A stretch of 64,000 nucleotides of DNA, taken from a virus. Of the stretch, positions 49,273 through 59,066 are shown one piece after another; positions within the stretch are counted from its first letter, which is position 1; every line of letters starts with the position of its first letter. Location: positions 1 through 64,000 of the IMG/VR virus record IMGVR_UViG_3300031963_009342; one strand, given 5' to 3'. A program made the position numbers and the translations under genes. The notes below the pieces were generated by a model that saw nothing but the letters and a program-made list of their open reading frames with translations, made no database searches and was not told the DNA's origin.

Positions 49273-50112
49273 TTACGTCGTAGCAGATTTTGATTTTTCC
49301 CAATCCTTGTTTTTACGCACAGATAAATTACGTTCCCAAACAGATTTTAATACAAATGGGTCTAATCCTTCCTTTTCGAACGTCTTTATAAATGCGTTTA
49401 TATCTTTTGGAAAACACGTACCACCAAATCCATAATCACCATCGTGACCAGGAACTTGATAATGACTTATGCCAATTCTACCATCTGACATTACGCCTCC
49501 TAAGACTTTATTCCAATTTAATCCTAGTTTATCAGACAAAAGATACATTTCATTGAAAAAAGATACTTTGGTAGCAAAGAATGTATTTGCAAAATACTTA
49601 ACAAACTCAGATTCATTGCTTGTCATAACATGACAGTTTACGCCTGGAAATCTTTCTTCGTATAATTTTTTAATAACATCCGTTCCATTTTCTTCACTGC
49701 CGCCCACAATATTTCTACTAGGCGTAATAAAATCTATCAAAGCAGTTTTAGCAGTTAAAAATTCTGGAGAATGTACAATTTTTAATGGTTTGAATTTCTC
49801 ACACAAACTTTTTGTTGTGCCTATAGGTACTGTAGATTTAATTACAAATACAGTTTCTGGATTATACGAGTAGGTAATTACATTATTAAAAAAGTTTGTA
49901 ATGTATGTTATATCACAATCCAACGTATTTTTAAACATGGGGGTAGGTAAACATACAAATACTATTTGTTGATTTATTACATTTTCAAATGTATCTGTTG
50001 AACGAGTTTGATCTACATCATAAACTTTAACTTCGTGGTAATAATTAAATCCTTTATTAACAGCATTACCAACAAACCCATTTCCGACTACTCCAATTTT
50101 AAATTTGTTCAT
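49273..50112 (-). CDS. UDP-glucose/GDP-mannose dehydrogenase family, short form
   Basis: GVVGNGFVG, CLPTP, KSTVPIGT, SPEFL and GFGGTCFPKD. Start moved to ATG 50112. Confidence 0.9.
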   Translation of the reverse strand: MNKFKIGVVGNGFVGNAVNKGFNYYHEVKVYDVDQTRSTDTFENVINQQIVFVCLPTPMFKNTLDCDITYITNFFNNVITYSYNPETVFVIKSTVPIGTTKSLCEKFKPLKIVHSPEFLTAKTALIDFITPSRNIVGGSEENGTDVIKKLYEERFPGVNCHVMTSNESEFVKYFANTFFATKVSFFNEMYLLSDKLGLNWNKVLGGVMSDGRIGISHYQVPGHDGDYGFGGTCFPKDINAFIKTFEKEGLDPFVLKSVWERNLSVRKNKDWEKSKSATT

Positions 50113-51049
50113 AAATTTTATTCCATTTTTGTAACCACATATTCTCCGTATATAACTTTCTATAATTATCTTTGCAGACATTAGAACAGTAATTATAAAA
50201 CTTTTTATCATCTCTCAGTTTAATTGTTAACTGATTTGCTTTTTCTATATCTCCTACATCGACCGATAAATCTGGATGTAAAATTTGTTGTGTGTCTAGT
50301 CCTTTATATCCTATACACGGAACGCCTAAATAAGCACAGTTGAGAGCGAATGTGCCAGCTGCATGTGTACGCATTAAGTGTATACCAATATTAAAATTAG
50401 CAAGTGTTTTAATCCACTCGTTCCACATCATATATGGCAGATGATGTAAACCTGGGAATTGTTCTTCGTTTTGTATCTTACGTCCCATACTTGGGATGAA
50501 TATAGGTTTATCAAAATTTCTCGCTACAAAGTAACTATCTACACCACCGTACCAACTACAGAAGTTACCACCTATAATGGGCATGCCATTATTTTCACGG
50601 GGTACGTCTTTAATTGTATCTTCGATCATAAGAGATTGCAGATTGAACGTCGGTTTTTTAAATATACCTTTAAAGTATGCAATATCACTTTTATTGTGTG
50701 TTAATAGAAAATCCATCTCACTCAGGAAGTTGATATAATTAACTTGATTGATATAATCGTAATCTTGATAATACCAAGTCGGACCTTCCTGCATTACTGT
50801 TACTTTTTTGCCAATTGATTTAACTAAATCCAACAATCTTGAACTGTCATAATTTTCTAATTTTTTTGGTAGTATAACAATTACTAAATCGTATCGAGGA
50901 ACACCTTTAAATGGTTTGCTTAAAATATAGTCTATAGGTAGATGATCAGCATCAAGTGCAATTTGCCACGAAAACTCTGTACGGCAGTTTTCAAATGTTC
51001 TTGGTATCTTACCAGTGTGACCGTTTTGACTGACAAAACAAATATTCAT
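50099..51049 (-). CDS. Putative GT-B glycosyltransferase
   Basis: AAGTFALNCAYLGVPCIG C-terminal GT-B pattern; context. Confidence 0.6.
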   Translation of the reverse strand: MNICFVSQNGHTGKIPRTFENCRTEFSWQIALDADHLPIDYILSKPFKGVPRYDLVIVILPKKLENYDSSRLLDLVKSIGKKVTVMQEGPTWYYQDYDYINQVNYINFLSEMDFLLTHNKSDIAYFKGIFKKPTFNLQSLMIEDTIKDVPRENNGMPIIGGNFCSWYGGVDSYFVARNFDKPIFIPSMGRKIQNEEQFPGLHHLPYMMWNEWIKTLANFNIGIHLMRTHAAGTFALNCAYLGVPCIGYKGLDTQQILHPDLSVDVGDIEKANQLTIKLRDDKKFYNYCSNVCKDNYRKLYTENMWLQKWNKIYEQI

Positions 51050-52032
51050 AGTTTATTTTTAAAGTCTTCGTATGTATAAAATTTACCGGTGTTATTAAAC
51101 AGTATATTTAAATTGTGTTGAGACATTTCTTTAAATATCTGCCACCAATCACCTTTTTCTTTTCCACAAAATCCCCTGGGATTATTTTCATTTACAATGT
51201 ACATTCGCTTGTTCGGATGTCGTCTAGCGTGTACCTTTAAAACATTTTTAAATATAATTTGAATATATTGATCTCCCTGTATCTTCTTAGCCATCAATGA
51301 TAAACTTTCATCGTCATTGTGTATGAAACAAGGTGGTATATTAACTCCACTTTTAATTAAATCACTTGTTAATACCAAACAAGATCCATCGATTTTTGGA
51401 TAATTAATTGATTGTATGTCTAATTCTTCTATTTTTGAATTAATTTGATTCATTTGTTCGATTGACATACAAGACTTTGCTTGATTTATATTATCAATGT
51501 CTTTATCGTCATATCGATGATTAATAAAATTAGGATGTACGGTTACGTCCCAACTGTTGTCCCACATCTTTCTATCAGCGAAACACGCTATGAATCTGTA
51601 AATTTCTTGTTTTCTTACAACGGGCGTTAGTTGTTCCAAAGATACTATAGCTTCTTTAGGAAAAAGACTGTCTGTTTCTCCCCAAATCAAATAGTCGGCT
51701 AGATAAGAATATTTAGTGTTAAATTCTCTTCTATAATTTGTTTGTGTATAAAATTCATTGTCATTATCAATAATTTTATAAAATTTATTAAACGTATTAG
51801 GTATTCTATGATATTGATCGTTAAATTTTTGTATTAGTTCTTTTTTGTTTATTTTAGTGGTATCTATTTTTTCAAAAAACTGAGAAACATTAAAAGCAAA
51901 GTCTAGGTATATATTTGATGGATTGTCTACAGTGGATAATAAATTTAATAAACCATCTATATAAGTTGACATCATTTCTATTTCATAGAACATAACGTGA
52001 ACTCCAATTGCATATTTTTGCTTTATAACCAT
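51046..52032 (-). CDS. Putative GT-A-fold glycosyltransferase
   Basis: YLIWGETDS (DxD-like) and DD..H elements; context. Confidence 0.45.
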   Translation of the reverse strand: MVIKQKYAIGVHVMFYEIEMMSTYIDGLLNLLSTVDNPSNIYLDFAFNVSQFFEKIDTTKINKKELIQKFNDQYHRIPNTFNKFYKIIDNDNEFYTQTNYRREFNTKYSYLADYLIWGETDSLFPKEAIVSLEQLTPVVRKQEIYRFIACFADRKMWDNSWDVTVHPNFINHRYDDKDIDNINQAKSCMSIEQMNQINSKIEELDIQSINYPKIDGSCLVLTSDLIKSGVNIPPCFIHNDDESLSLMAKKIQGDQYIQIIFKNVLKVHARRHPNKRMYIVNENNPRGFCGKEKGDWWQIFKEMSQHNLNILFNNTGKFYTYEDFKNKL

Positions 52033-52033
52033 A

Positions 52034-52651
52034 TCATTTCTTTTTTAGAACGATTAAAGACCCAGGCCAACCTTCATCAATACATTCTTCTATTATATTG
52101 TAGTAATCTAATACAGTTCTGTATCTGATTCTTTCCTTAAAATCGTGTATATACACGATACCATCTTCTGTTAAATAGTCAAGTGCTTTATAAGCACAAA
52201 ATACTCTTGCTCGTCCATCAACTAATACTTTATTGAATTTTTTATTATGTGTGGATATACTGTTAATATAATTTACGTAGCAATGCCAATCGTCTCCACC
52301 GCGTGTTTGAGCATAATATATTCCATCTTTAACCTGTACATTATTGGTTAATTTTAATAAATTTCGAGATTCTTTGTCTAAGTGACTATCCAAATTTATG
52401 GGATGATTGGTTACATGTTTATAAATTACATTTTTAATATTTCTATTTGTCAATACATTATTAACAGTATTATACCAGTTAAAATCGTGTTCTACTGAAT
52501 AGTATTCCTTAACATACTTACAGAAGTTATAGGTACTTCCTCCTGATCCCCACTCAAATACACAATCTGTTGGGGACAGATATTTAATTAAACAATCTAT
52601 TTGAGTTGCACTCATCATTATCTCTGGATGTTGATCTTTAAATAAGCTCAT
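52034..52651 (-). CDS. Class I SAM methyltransferase
   Basis: FEWGSGGST, SVEHD, VLVDGRAR and YIHD. Confidence 0.8.
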   Translation of the reverse strand: MSLFKDQHPEIMMSATQIDCLIKYLSPTDCVFEWGSGGSTYNFCKYVKEYYSVEHDFNWYNTVNNVLTNRNIKNVIYKHVTNHPINLDSHLDKESRNLLKLTNNVQVKDGIYYAQTRGGDDWHCYVNYINSISTHNKKFNKVLVDGRARVFCAYKALDYLTEDGIVYIHDFKERIRYRTVLDYYNIIEECIDEGWPGSLIVLKKK

Positions 52652-52652
52652 A

Positions 52653-53663
52653 TTAATTTATAATGTTTCTAACTACGTGCTGTATAATATATTCTGGCGA
52701 CGACAGTTCGTTAAATGTTTTTCTTTGATTTGAAATTAAATATTCGGATCGATTGTCATAATCAATTAAGTTTGATTCTATAATTTGATTTATATCTGAA
52801 AAATCATCTTTGCAATGTAAACAAGATGTGTCTTTATTGTAAATAAACGGACTTGTTTTAATATTTTGTATTGATGGCTTTATAATTACGGTGCCTGTTA
52901 ATAAACATTCTATTTCTCTAATATTAACTTCGCCGTATCCAAATGGAGAAATACAAAACTTACTATCTGACAAAACATTAAAGTATTCTTCTTTACTTAA
53001 TTTTCCTGTTTTTTCTGTAGTAATAACATTATATTTAAGTTTGTTTACTTCCTCAAATAATTTTAACCTCGATTTATTATAATAACCATCTGTGCGAATT
53101 CCGTGTTCATAATTTTCTTTAGATAATCCAATTAACACAGCAACGTCATATTTTTTATCTTTTTTAATAGTGCCCCAGTTAAACCCACATCCATATGTAT
53201 TCAACCAATTCGTACCACTGCTTACTAGTTTATCATTTAATAATGATAGATCTTCTTTGTTAATTTTGTATCCACTAATATCTGGACCCCAAAACCATCT
53301 TCCATTTGGATAAGGATTTAAATAACTTTCTTTATTTTTGTGTAGGACATTTTTAGCTAGTTTTAAACCAGGAAATTCTTTAAAAACTTCCCATACCCCC
53401 AATAATGTAGATGAATCTTGTCCGTCAAATAAAACATACGGTTTATCAAGATTTTTAATAAAATTAATACCAATTTCAATTGACTGATCAAGTGGTAGTT
53501 TTTTATTAATAATAGATGCCTGACCTACAAAATATATATCCGCTTTATCTGCGTCTTCTACAAATTCAATTCCATAATCACGAAAAGCTTCAGTTGAATA
53601 AAGATACGGTCTAAATGTCGTTTCGTTTCTATGTTTTTCTAATTCTAGAATTTTTATTTTCAT
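52653..53663 (-). CDS. Putative glycosyltransferase (GT-B / exostosin-like C-terminus)
   Basis: EYF..LSDSKFCISPFGYGE..REIE..G..IKP. Confidence 0.7.
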   Translation of the reverse strand: MKIKILELEKHRNETTFRPYLYSTEAFRDYGIEFVEDADKADIYFVGQASIINKKLPLDQSIEIGINFIKNLDKPYVLFDGQDSSTLLGVWEVFKEFPGLKLAKNVLHKNKESYLNPYPNGRWFWGPDISGYKINKEDLSLLNDKLVSSGTNWLNTYGCGFNWGTIKKDKKYDVAVLIGLSKENYEHGIRTDGYYNKSRLKLFEEVNKLKYNVITTEKTGKLSKEEYFNVLSDSKFCISPFGYGEVNIREIECLLTGTVIIKPSIQNIKTSPFIYNKDTSCLHCKDDFSDINQIIESNLIDYDNRSEYLISNQRKTFNELSSPEYIIQHVVRNIIN

Positions 53664-53739
53664 ATTTTGGAAAATAGGTTGACAAACTCTGAATATTTAA
53701 ATTCTCATGTTTTCTTAATTCTTAATTGGTCATAAAATA

Positions 53740-54387
53740 TTACTTTATAGTATATCCTTTATTTTCCTCTTGGGTAAATAATTGATTATAATTTATATTT
53801 GTTTGTCTTTGTTTTTCTATGCTTTTTTCGTGAATTATAGCATAATCTTTTTGTGGTGGTATAAATGTATAACTTTTATAACCTTCAACTTTTTCATGTA
53901 GTCTCCGTTGATATCTAATATTTGAACTATTGCGGTATAAACGTGATTGATAATCAGGAAAATTAATCATTCCATCATGAAGCTGCCATCCCCACATTTG
54001 TATATCTTGCTGAGTAACTCCTATAAAATAGTTTAGTCTTGGTAACCATATAACTTCATTTTCATCATTCGATTCTAATATAACATCAATATTTTCAATT
54101 AAACCGTCAGTCGGTAATTCGTCTGCATCCAATTGAAATATCCACTTTCCTTTACATAATTCAATTCCATAATTTTTATGAGCGCCATAGTTTTTATCTA
54201 ACTTATGTTGATAAAAATTTATTTGATTTTTATACTTTTGTATAATTTCAACAGTATCTTGATTATCTGAATAATCATCAAGAAGAATAATTTCATGATT
54301 ATATTTTTTGTATTTAATTAATTTAGATAATAGTTTTTCTAAACTATCGGTTTCATTGTGACTTGTTACTAAATAAGACAAAAACAT
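53740..54387 (-). CDS. Glycosyltransferase family 2
   Basis: LDDYS, WIFQLDADE, PDYQ.RL and LHE. Confidence 0.9.
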   Translation of the reverse strand: MFLSYLVTSHNETDSLEKLLSKLIKYKKYNHEIILLDDYSDNQDTVEIIQKYKNQINFYQHKLDKNYGAHKNYGIELCKGKWIFQLDADELPTDGLIENIDVILESNDENEVIWLPRLNYFIGVTQQDIQMWGWQLHDGMINFPDYQSRLYRNSSNIRYQRRLHEKVEGYKSYTFIPPQKDYAIIHEKSIEKQRQTNINYNQLFTQEENKGYTIK

Positions 54388-54388
54388 A

Positions 54389-55729
54389 TTAAAGAATTTT
54401 TAATTTTGGCAAAGTAATTTGATTTGATTCGTTGGATGTGTTAGTCATAGCTTTTAATTTTGGCAGTACAAACTGATTTTGTACAGCAAACTGAGGTACG
54501 TACTTGTCAAGTATGTCCCATAAACGTTTGTCCATAGACGGAATACTAAATTTCTCAGCGTTTTCCTTACGTAGAAGTTCGGCATTTTTAGTAAACTTAT
54601 CACTTTTACGAGCGAAATAAATTTGTTTCATTTTATCTTCTGCTAATGAATAAGCTACTTTGAACCATTTGCTTTCTTTGATAATCCATTGATTGACTGA
54701 TTTTTTATCTACATCAACAAGAGTACCTGGTAATAAATTAGCATAAGTCGGATTTAGATAATCTAATTGACCACTCCAATTTGGTGCTAATAATGGTTTT
54801 CCACTTAGAGTAGCCAATAACAATGGATGTCCATAACCTTCACCGTGAGTAAAAGATACGTGAGCTATAACTTTTTCATGGTTTAACAACGCATTCATTT
54901 CTTTTTCACTAAGTTCGCCGTGTAACAAATATACACTTGGTACATTACCGCCAATACTATCACGAATCTTTTTAATCTTACTCAACATGTCGAATCTGTC
55001 TACGGTAGAGTAACTATGACCACTCGTTTTAACAATCAAACATGGACGATCATTTTCCGATTGATTTTTGAAGGCACTACAAAATGTTTTGATCAGATTA
55101 CCAATGTCTTTACGATCATTATACAATCCACCATGAGTCCACTGACCAACAAATAAAAACGCACTAGATTCTTTTATCTTAGATAAAGCATTTTCAACAG
55201 TTTGTATTTTATCTTCTGTTTTTTTGAAAATGTTGGTATCGGCCCCCCAAAAACACACTTCAATTGGTTTTTCTACTTGAACAGGAACTTGTTGACCATT
55301 TTCTAGTTGTTTGGCCATTTTAATTTCCGAGAAAGTTTTCTTTACATGATTAGATAGACCGATTGTTAAATTCATTTTATTAACGCCTTCGATCCAACTA
55401 CCGGGTGGAATGGTTGTTTCAATACCAGCCGTCATACCGATATTATATTTGCCAACAGGATGAAATTCTTCTGGAATTGTTAACTGTATAAAAACATCTG
55501 GTTGTCTATCTAAGTTTCCTTGAAGAAATTTAGTTGCTAATAATTTATCTTCTGGATCGGTTAAATCTTCAAGAAAACGTTTGCTTTGACAATTGCCCCA
55601 TCTAGTGGGCGCTATTTTTACATCAAATTTATCATAACGAATAATGCTTTTTGCAACTGTTGTTGCCCAGTCACCATATCCGCTACGGTTAAATACTGGT
55701 CCTGAAATTAGACATAGTGGTTTACTCAT
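54389..55729 (-). CDS. Glycosyltransferase family 4
   Basis: RSGYG, GIET, FLFVGQW, RKDI, GEGYG.PL and WSGQLD. Confidence 0.88.
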   Translation of the reverse strand: MSKPLCLISGPVFNRSGYGDWATTVAKSIIRYDKFDVKIAPTRWGNCQSKRFLEDLTDPEDKLLATKFLQGNLDRQPDVFIQLTIPEEFHPVGKYNIGMTAGIETTIPPGSWIEGVNKMNLTIGLSNHVKKTFSEIKMAKQLENGQQVPVQVEKPIEVCFWGADTNIFKKTEDKIQTVENALSKIKESSAFLFVGQWTHGGLYNDRKDIGNLIKTFCSAFKNQSENDRPCLIVKTSGHSYSTVDRFDMLSKIKKIRDSIGGNVPSVYLLHGELSEKEMNALLNHEKVIAHVSFTHGEGYGHPLLLATLSGKPLLAPNWSGQLDYLNPTYANLLPGTLVDVDKKSVNQWIIKESKWFKVAYSLAEDKMKQIYFARKSDKFTKNAELLRKENAEKFSIPSMDKRLWDILDKYVPQFAVQNQFVLPKLKAMTNTSNESNQITLPKLKIL

Positions 55730-55730
55730 A

Positions 55731-56423
55731 TTATTTATTAAATTGTTTTGTATCTCGTTCGCTAACTAATTGACTATATTTTTTATTTGGTGTAGGTATT
55801 CCTCCCAAACTATTATAGAGTGCTTCCATTTTGCTCATTTGTATCTGAGCTATGTCAGCTTTTTCTCCTTTTTTAACATCTGTACTACCAAATCCACCTT
55901 CGCCTCTAGTGGTAGAATCTAATTCATTTACCAATATGAATTCTACATCTTCTACTCTGGTTACTTTGAGTTGACAAATTTTATCGCCTTTTTTATAGAT
56001 CTTGTTGTTATTAACAATTCCTTCTAATAGACTATCTTTATTAATTTTAAAATCTTCTGGTTGCCATATATATTTGAAACGAAGTAATACTTCTCCGCGA
56101 TAATCCGCGTCAATCAACCCAATACAATTAGCTAATACTAGATTGTATTTACTCACGCTACTACGAGGAAATGCTAGAATATCATAATCAATAGCGGTAT
56201 ATATAAACCCACTGTATTGTCTTACTTCTTGTACAGCTAGTTTAAGATTTGTTTTATACTGAATATAATCAATTCGTTTATATGTACCGTTGTCATACAT
56301 TTCTCCAACGATTTCTGGTTCACTTGTAGTAATTACATCATATCCAGTAGCTCGATTCGTACCTTTCTTGGGTAGACGTTCTACATCTTGATAATCTTCG
56401 TTTTTTAATACTTGAATTTTCAT
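55731..56423 (-). CDS. dut: Trimeric dUTPase
   Basis: TGYD, PRSS, GLIDADYRGE, KICQL and RGEGGFGST. Confidence 0.95.
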   Translation of the reverse strand: MKIQVLKNEDYQDVERLPKKGTNRATGYDVITTSEPEIVGEMYDNGTYKRIDYIQYKTNLKLAVQEVRQYSGFIYTAIDYDILAFPRSSVSKYNLVLANCIGLIDADYRGEVLLRFKYIWQPEDFKINKDSLLEGIVNNNKIYKKGDKICQLKVTRVEDVEFILVNELDSTTRGEGGFGSTDVKKGEKADIAQIQMSKMEALYNSLGGIPTPNKKYSQLVSERDTKQFNK

Positions 56424-57385
56424 GAAACTGTTTTCTTAATAGCTTCTAAATTTACAACGTGTAAATCAAATCCCAATTTGCCGTTTGGTAGATTTTTAAT
56501 ATCATAACCATTTTCAGTAAAAATGTCAAATGTTTTAACGGGTGTAAAGTTATTTAATGTGAAATCCATTGCTTTAATAAATTGATCACACATATTTTTA
56601 CTATTGATTCCGCCTTCGTTTATAGCCCATTTACGACCTTCGACACCATATTGTTCACGTATTTCACTACCAATAACATACCAATACCCAATAGCATCAG
56701 CGATATCTTTATAATTAACTAAGTCATCCATGATGTAAGGAGTTGGAGGACTGCCTTGTAGATTTTGTACTTTAGCCCACACAGGCTTTGCCCATACCCC
56801 GTGTTTAGTGTATCGTCCTGTAACATTTGTACCGAATTCTAAATTGAATTCTACAGGTTTACCTTCGTCAGTAACAATTCCCAATTGATCTTGTAAACCT
56901 CCTGTTACGGTGGCTATTACCGGTGTACCACACATGATACTCTCTGCAATACTTAAACCAAATCCTTCATTTGAACTTACATTCACGGTAACATCTGCTA
57001 AGTTATAGAACGCCACCATTTCTTCGGGGGTTCTACGCGTTTCATCTAATACAACTTTATATTCTGGACATATTGCTTGAATTGTAGCTACGAGATCTGT
57101 ACCGGCTTCACATACTTTGTCTGTATGCATTATCAAAGCACATTTTTTAGCTTCTTCTTGATCAATTGAAGCACAGAATGATTTAAATGCTAGTATTAGA
57201 TTTGCTGGATGTTTACGATGTGCGTTTCTACTATTGAATGCTACGATAAATTTATATTCTTTATCGCCGAGTAATTCTTTTTTTAATTTTAAAACCGACG
57301 AATCTCCTTTTGGTAGCGGTTTAAATTCGTTTGGATTGATACCATGTGGTACATAATGTAATAGATGTTTTTCTTGTACTGGCAT
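56420..57385 (-). CDS. Glycosyltransferase family 4, C-terminal half
   Basis: YVPHG, RN..RK, EGFGLSIAE and GGLQDQ; AGGA SD 10 nt upstream. Confidence 0.85.
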   Translation of the reverse strand: MPVQEKHLLHYVPHGINPNEFKPLPKGDSSVLKLKKELLGDKEYKFIVAFNSRNAHRKHPANLILAFKSFCASIDQEEAKKCALIMHTDKVCEAGTDLVATIQAICPEYKVVLDETRRTPEEMVAFYNLADVTVNVSSNEGFGLSIAESIMCGTPVIATVTGGLQDQLGIVTDEGKPVEFNLEFGTNVTGRYTKHGVWAKPVWAKVQNLQGSPPTPYIMDDLVNYKDIADAIGYWYVIGSEIREQYGVEGRKWAINEGGINSKNMCDQFIKAMDFTLNNFTPVKTFDIFTENGYDIKNLPNGKLGFDLHVVNLEAIKKTVS

Positions 57386-57402
57386 AATAAATGTTTCCTA
57401 AA

Positions 57403-57915
57403 TTAGTCTGTTAACTTAATACAATTTTCTGGTCCTAACACTTGTTCAACAATATTGTGAGTTTGTTTGCTAATGGAAAACAAAGCATCACAGCTTTGAT
57501 AAAACGGTTTGTTCCACATTGGGTATGGTAAATCGTCCCATATTGTCAAATATGTTAATGGAATTTTGCTACGAATTTGATGTTCTATATTATAGAGCCA
57601 ACCCCAAAAACGAGGATCTGTAAAGTGCATAATTGCATCGGGTTTTTCTAATGCCATAATTTGATACAACACTTCTTCATCTCCGTATCCATCCACAGGG
57701 TATAGTTTTAGATAATTATCTGTTCTACCATTTAACTTATCACAAGCATCCTTCATATCTACTATCTTTCCTTGTTCAGGATGTTTAATAGCACCGGCAA
57801 TTTGTACCCAATCATAATGATGAAGTGTGCCTAATACCAATTCTCTACTCATTGTAGCCACACCACTATGCATTCTTAAATCATCGCTCAATAATAATAT
57901 TTTTTTCTTTTTCAT
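57403..57915 (-). CDS. Glycosyltransferase family 4, N-terminal half
   Basis: KILLLSDD..SGVA, EKPD..FTDP, IWD and ISKQ. Confidence 0.8.
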   Translation of the reverse strand: MKKKKILLLSDDLRMHSGVATMSRELVLGTLHHYDWVQIAGAIKHPEQGKIVDMKDACDKLNGRTDNYLKLYPVDGYGDEEVLYQIMALEKPDAIMHFTDPRFWGWLYNIEHQIRSKIPLTYLTIWDDLPYPMWNKPFYQSCDALFSISKQTHNIVEQVLGPENCIKLTD

Positions 57916-58127
57916 TTAGAATCCTTTGATAATGAAAATGGAGCATTGAAACTTAACCTTTGACAAATACTTTCGCTGATTTCAGAACGAAATTTGGAAT
58001 CGTTCAAATATCTTTCCAAACATTTATTGACAAAATCTTGAAAAGATATTTTACCTCTTATATTTAGTTCTTTAAACTGGTTATATAACTCTTGGTTAAG
58101 TTTTACCGTTGTAACAAATTGATCCAT
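57912..58127 (-). CDS. Ribbon-helix-helix DNA-binding protein
   Basis: TTVKL (beta strand), NQELYNQFK (helix), SFQDFVNKCLERYL (helix). Start moved to ATG 58127. Confidence 0.7.
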   Translation of the reverse strand: MDQFVTTVKLNQELYNQFKELNIRGKISFQDFVNKCLERYLNDSKFRSEISESICQRLSFNAPFSLSKDSK

Positions 58128-58128
58128 A

Positions 58129-58166
58129 ACATATGTACATATATAGATATACACATATGTATATAT
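58129..58166. promoter_or_regulatory. Twin ACATATGT palindromes, candidate RHH operator
   Basis: ACATATGT at 58129-58136 and 58153-58160. Confidence 0.5.
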
Positions 58167-58169
58167 TTA

Positions 58170-59060
58170 TTATAATTTAGTGGCTTTACCATCACAGATC
58201 TTTTTGTAGTGTACACAGTACTTACAATTCTTTTTACCATTACCAGGTACTTTTATATATTGATTGGTTTCATTGTATGTACCATCTGGATTGAATCCGT
58301 AATCTAAAAACTCAATAAAGCTTTGAATACTTTCTTTAATAGCTGTTGGCCCTGCGGTAGGTTTAAATAACTGAATTCTACTTTGTGGAAAACTTACATT
58401 TTCGTATAATTTACGTTTGACGATAAAGAACTCTACGTCAATATTATTTAAAGGTACGTTGAATTTTTTACTGTAAACACTCTTGTATAGATGTAACTGC
58501 GCAATCTTACTTACATCTTCTTTCATGTAAATATTCCAACCATTGCTTGATGTCTTAAAATCAATGATACGATAGATTTCTTTATTTCGTTCTTTTAACA
58601 CTATATCAATAAATCCTACAAACTCCACGTTGTTCTTAATAGAAATTTCCAGTGGAATTTCAATACCAACCAATTCATATTCTTTAGTCGGAAAATATTT
58701 CAATCTATTAGCACTTTTACAAAAAGTATCGATAATATCATTACCATCAAAAATAAAGTCGGTAAATTCATTATCATCTACATCTTTTACTTTTTTAATT
58801 TCTTCATTGAATTTGTCTAAGAACAACTTCTTGACATCCAATGAGTCTGCAATACCTACACCTTCATTATAAAGTGATGTGAGATAAGTTTGAAATGCAT
58901 GGTGAATGGCAGTTCCAAATGTGGTGTTAATATTATCATCTTTAACCCTAAGATTCTTAACATAATCCAAATACCACTTGTGAGGACATTTTAAAAATGT
59001 TGAATATTGACTAAAACTGACTCGTTTCTTTTTTATTTCTTTATTTTCTTCAATTGACAT
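58170..59060 (-). CDS. Cas4/RecB-like PD-(D/E)XK exonuclease
   Basis: SFSQ..CP, FGTAIH, GFID, IIDFKT, QL.LY and C-terminal CKYC..C (Fe-S staple). Confidence 0.88.
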   Translation of the reverse strand: MSIEENKEIKKKRVSFSQYSTFLKCPHKWYLDYVKNLRVKDDNINTTFGTAIHHAFQTYLTSLYNEGVGIADSLDVKKLFLDKFNEEIKKVKDVDDNEFTDFIFDGNDIIDTFCKSANRLKYFPTKEYELVGIEIPLEISIKNNVEFVGFIDIVLKERNKEIYRIIDFKTSSNGWNIYMKEDVSKIAQLHLYKSVYSKKFNVPLNNIDVEFFIVKRKLYENVSFPQSRIQLFKPTAGPTAIKESIQSFIEFLDYGFNPDGTYNETNQYIKVPGNGKKNCKYCVHYKKICDGKATKL

Positions 59061-59066
59061 TCTACC

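Noticed and set aside
53664-53739. Plus-strand TTGACA or a small ORF in the 76-bp gap
   Set aside because: No correctly spaced -10 box and only very short ORFs.
58170-59060. CRISPR-Cas locus suggested by the Cas4-like gene
   Set aside because: No array or other cas genes; solo Cas4-like exonucleases are common in phages.
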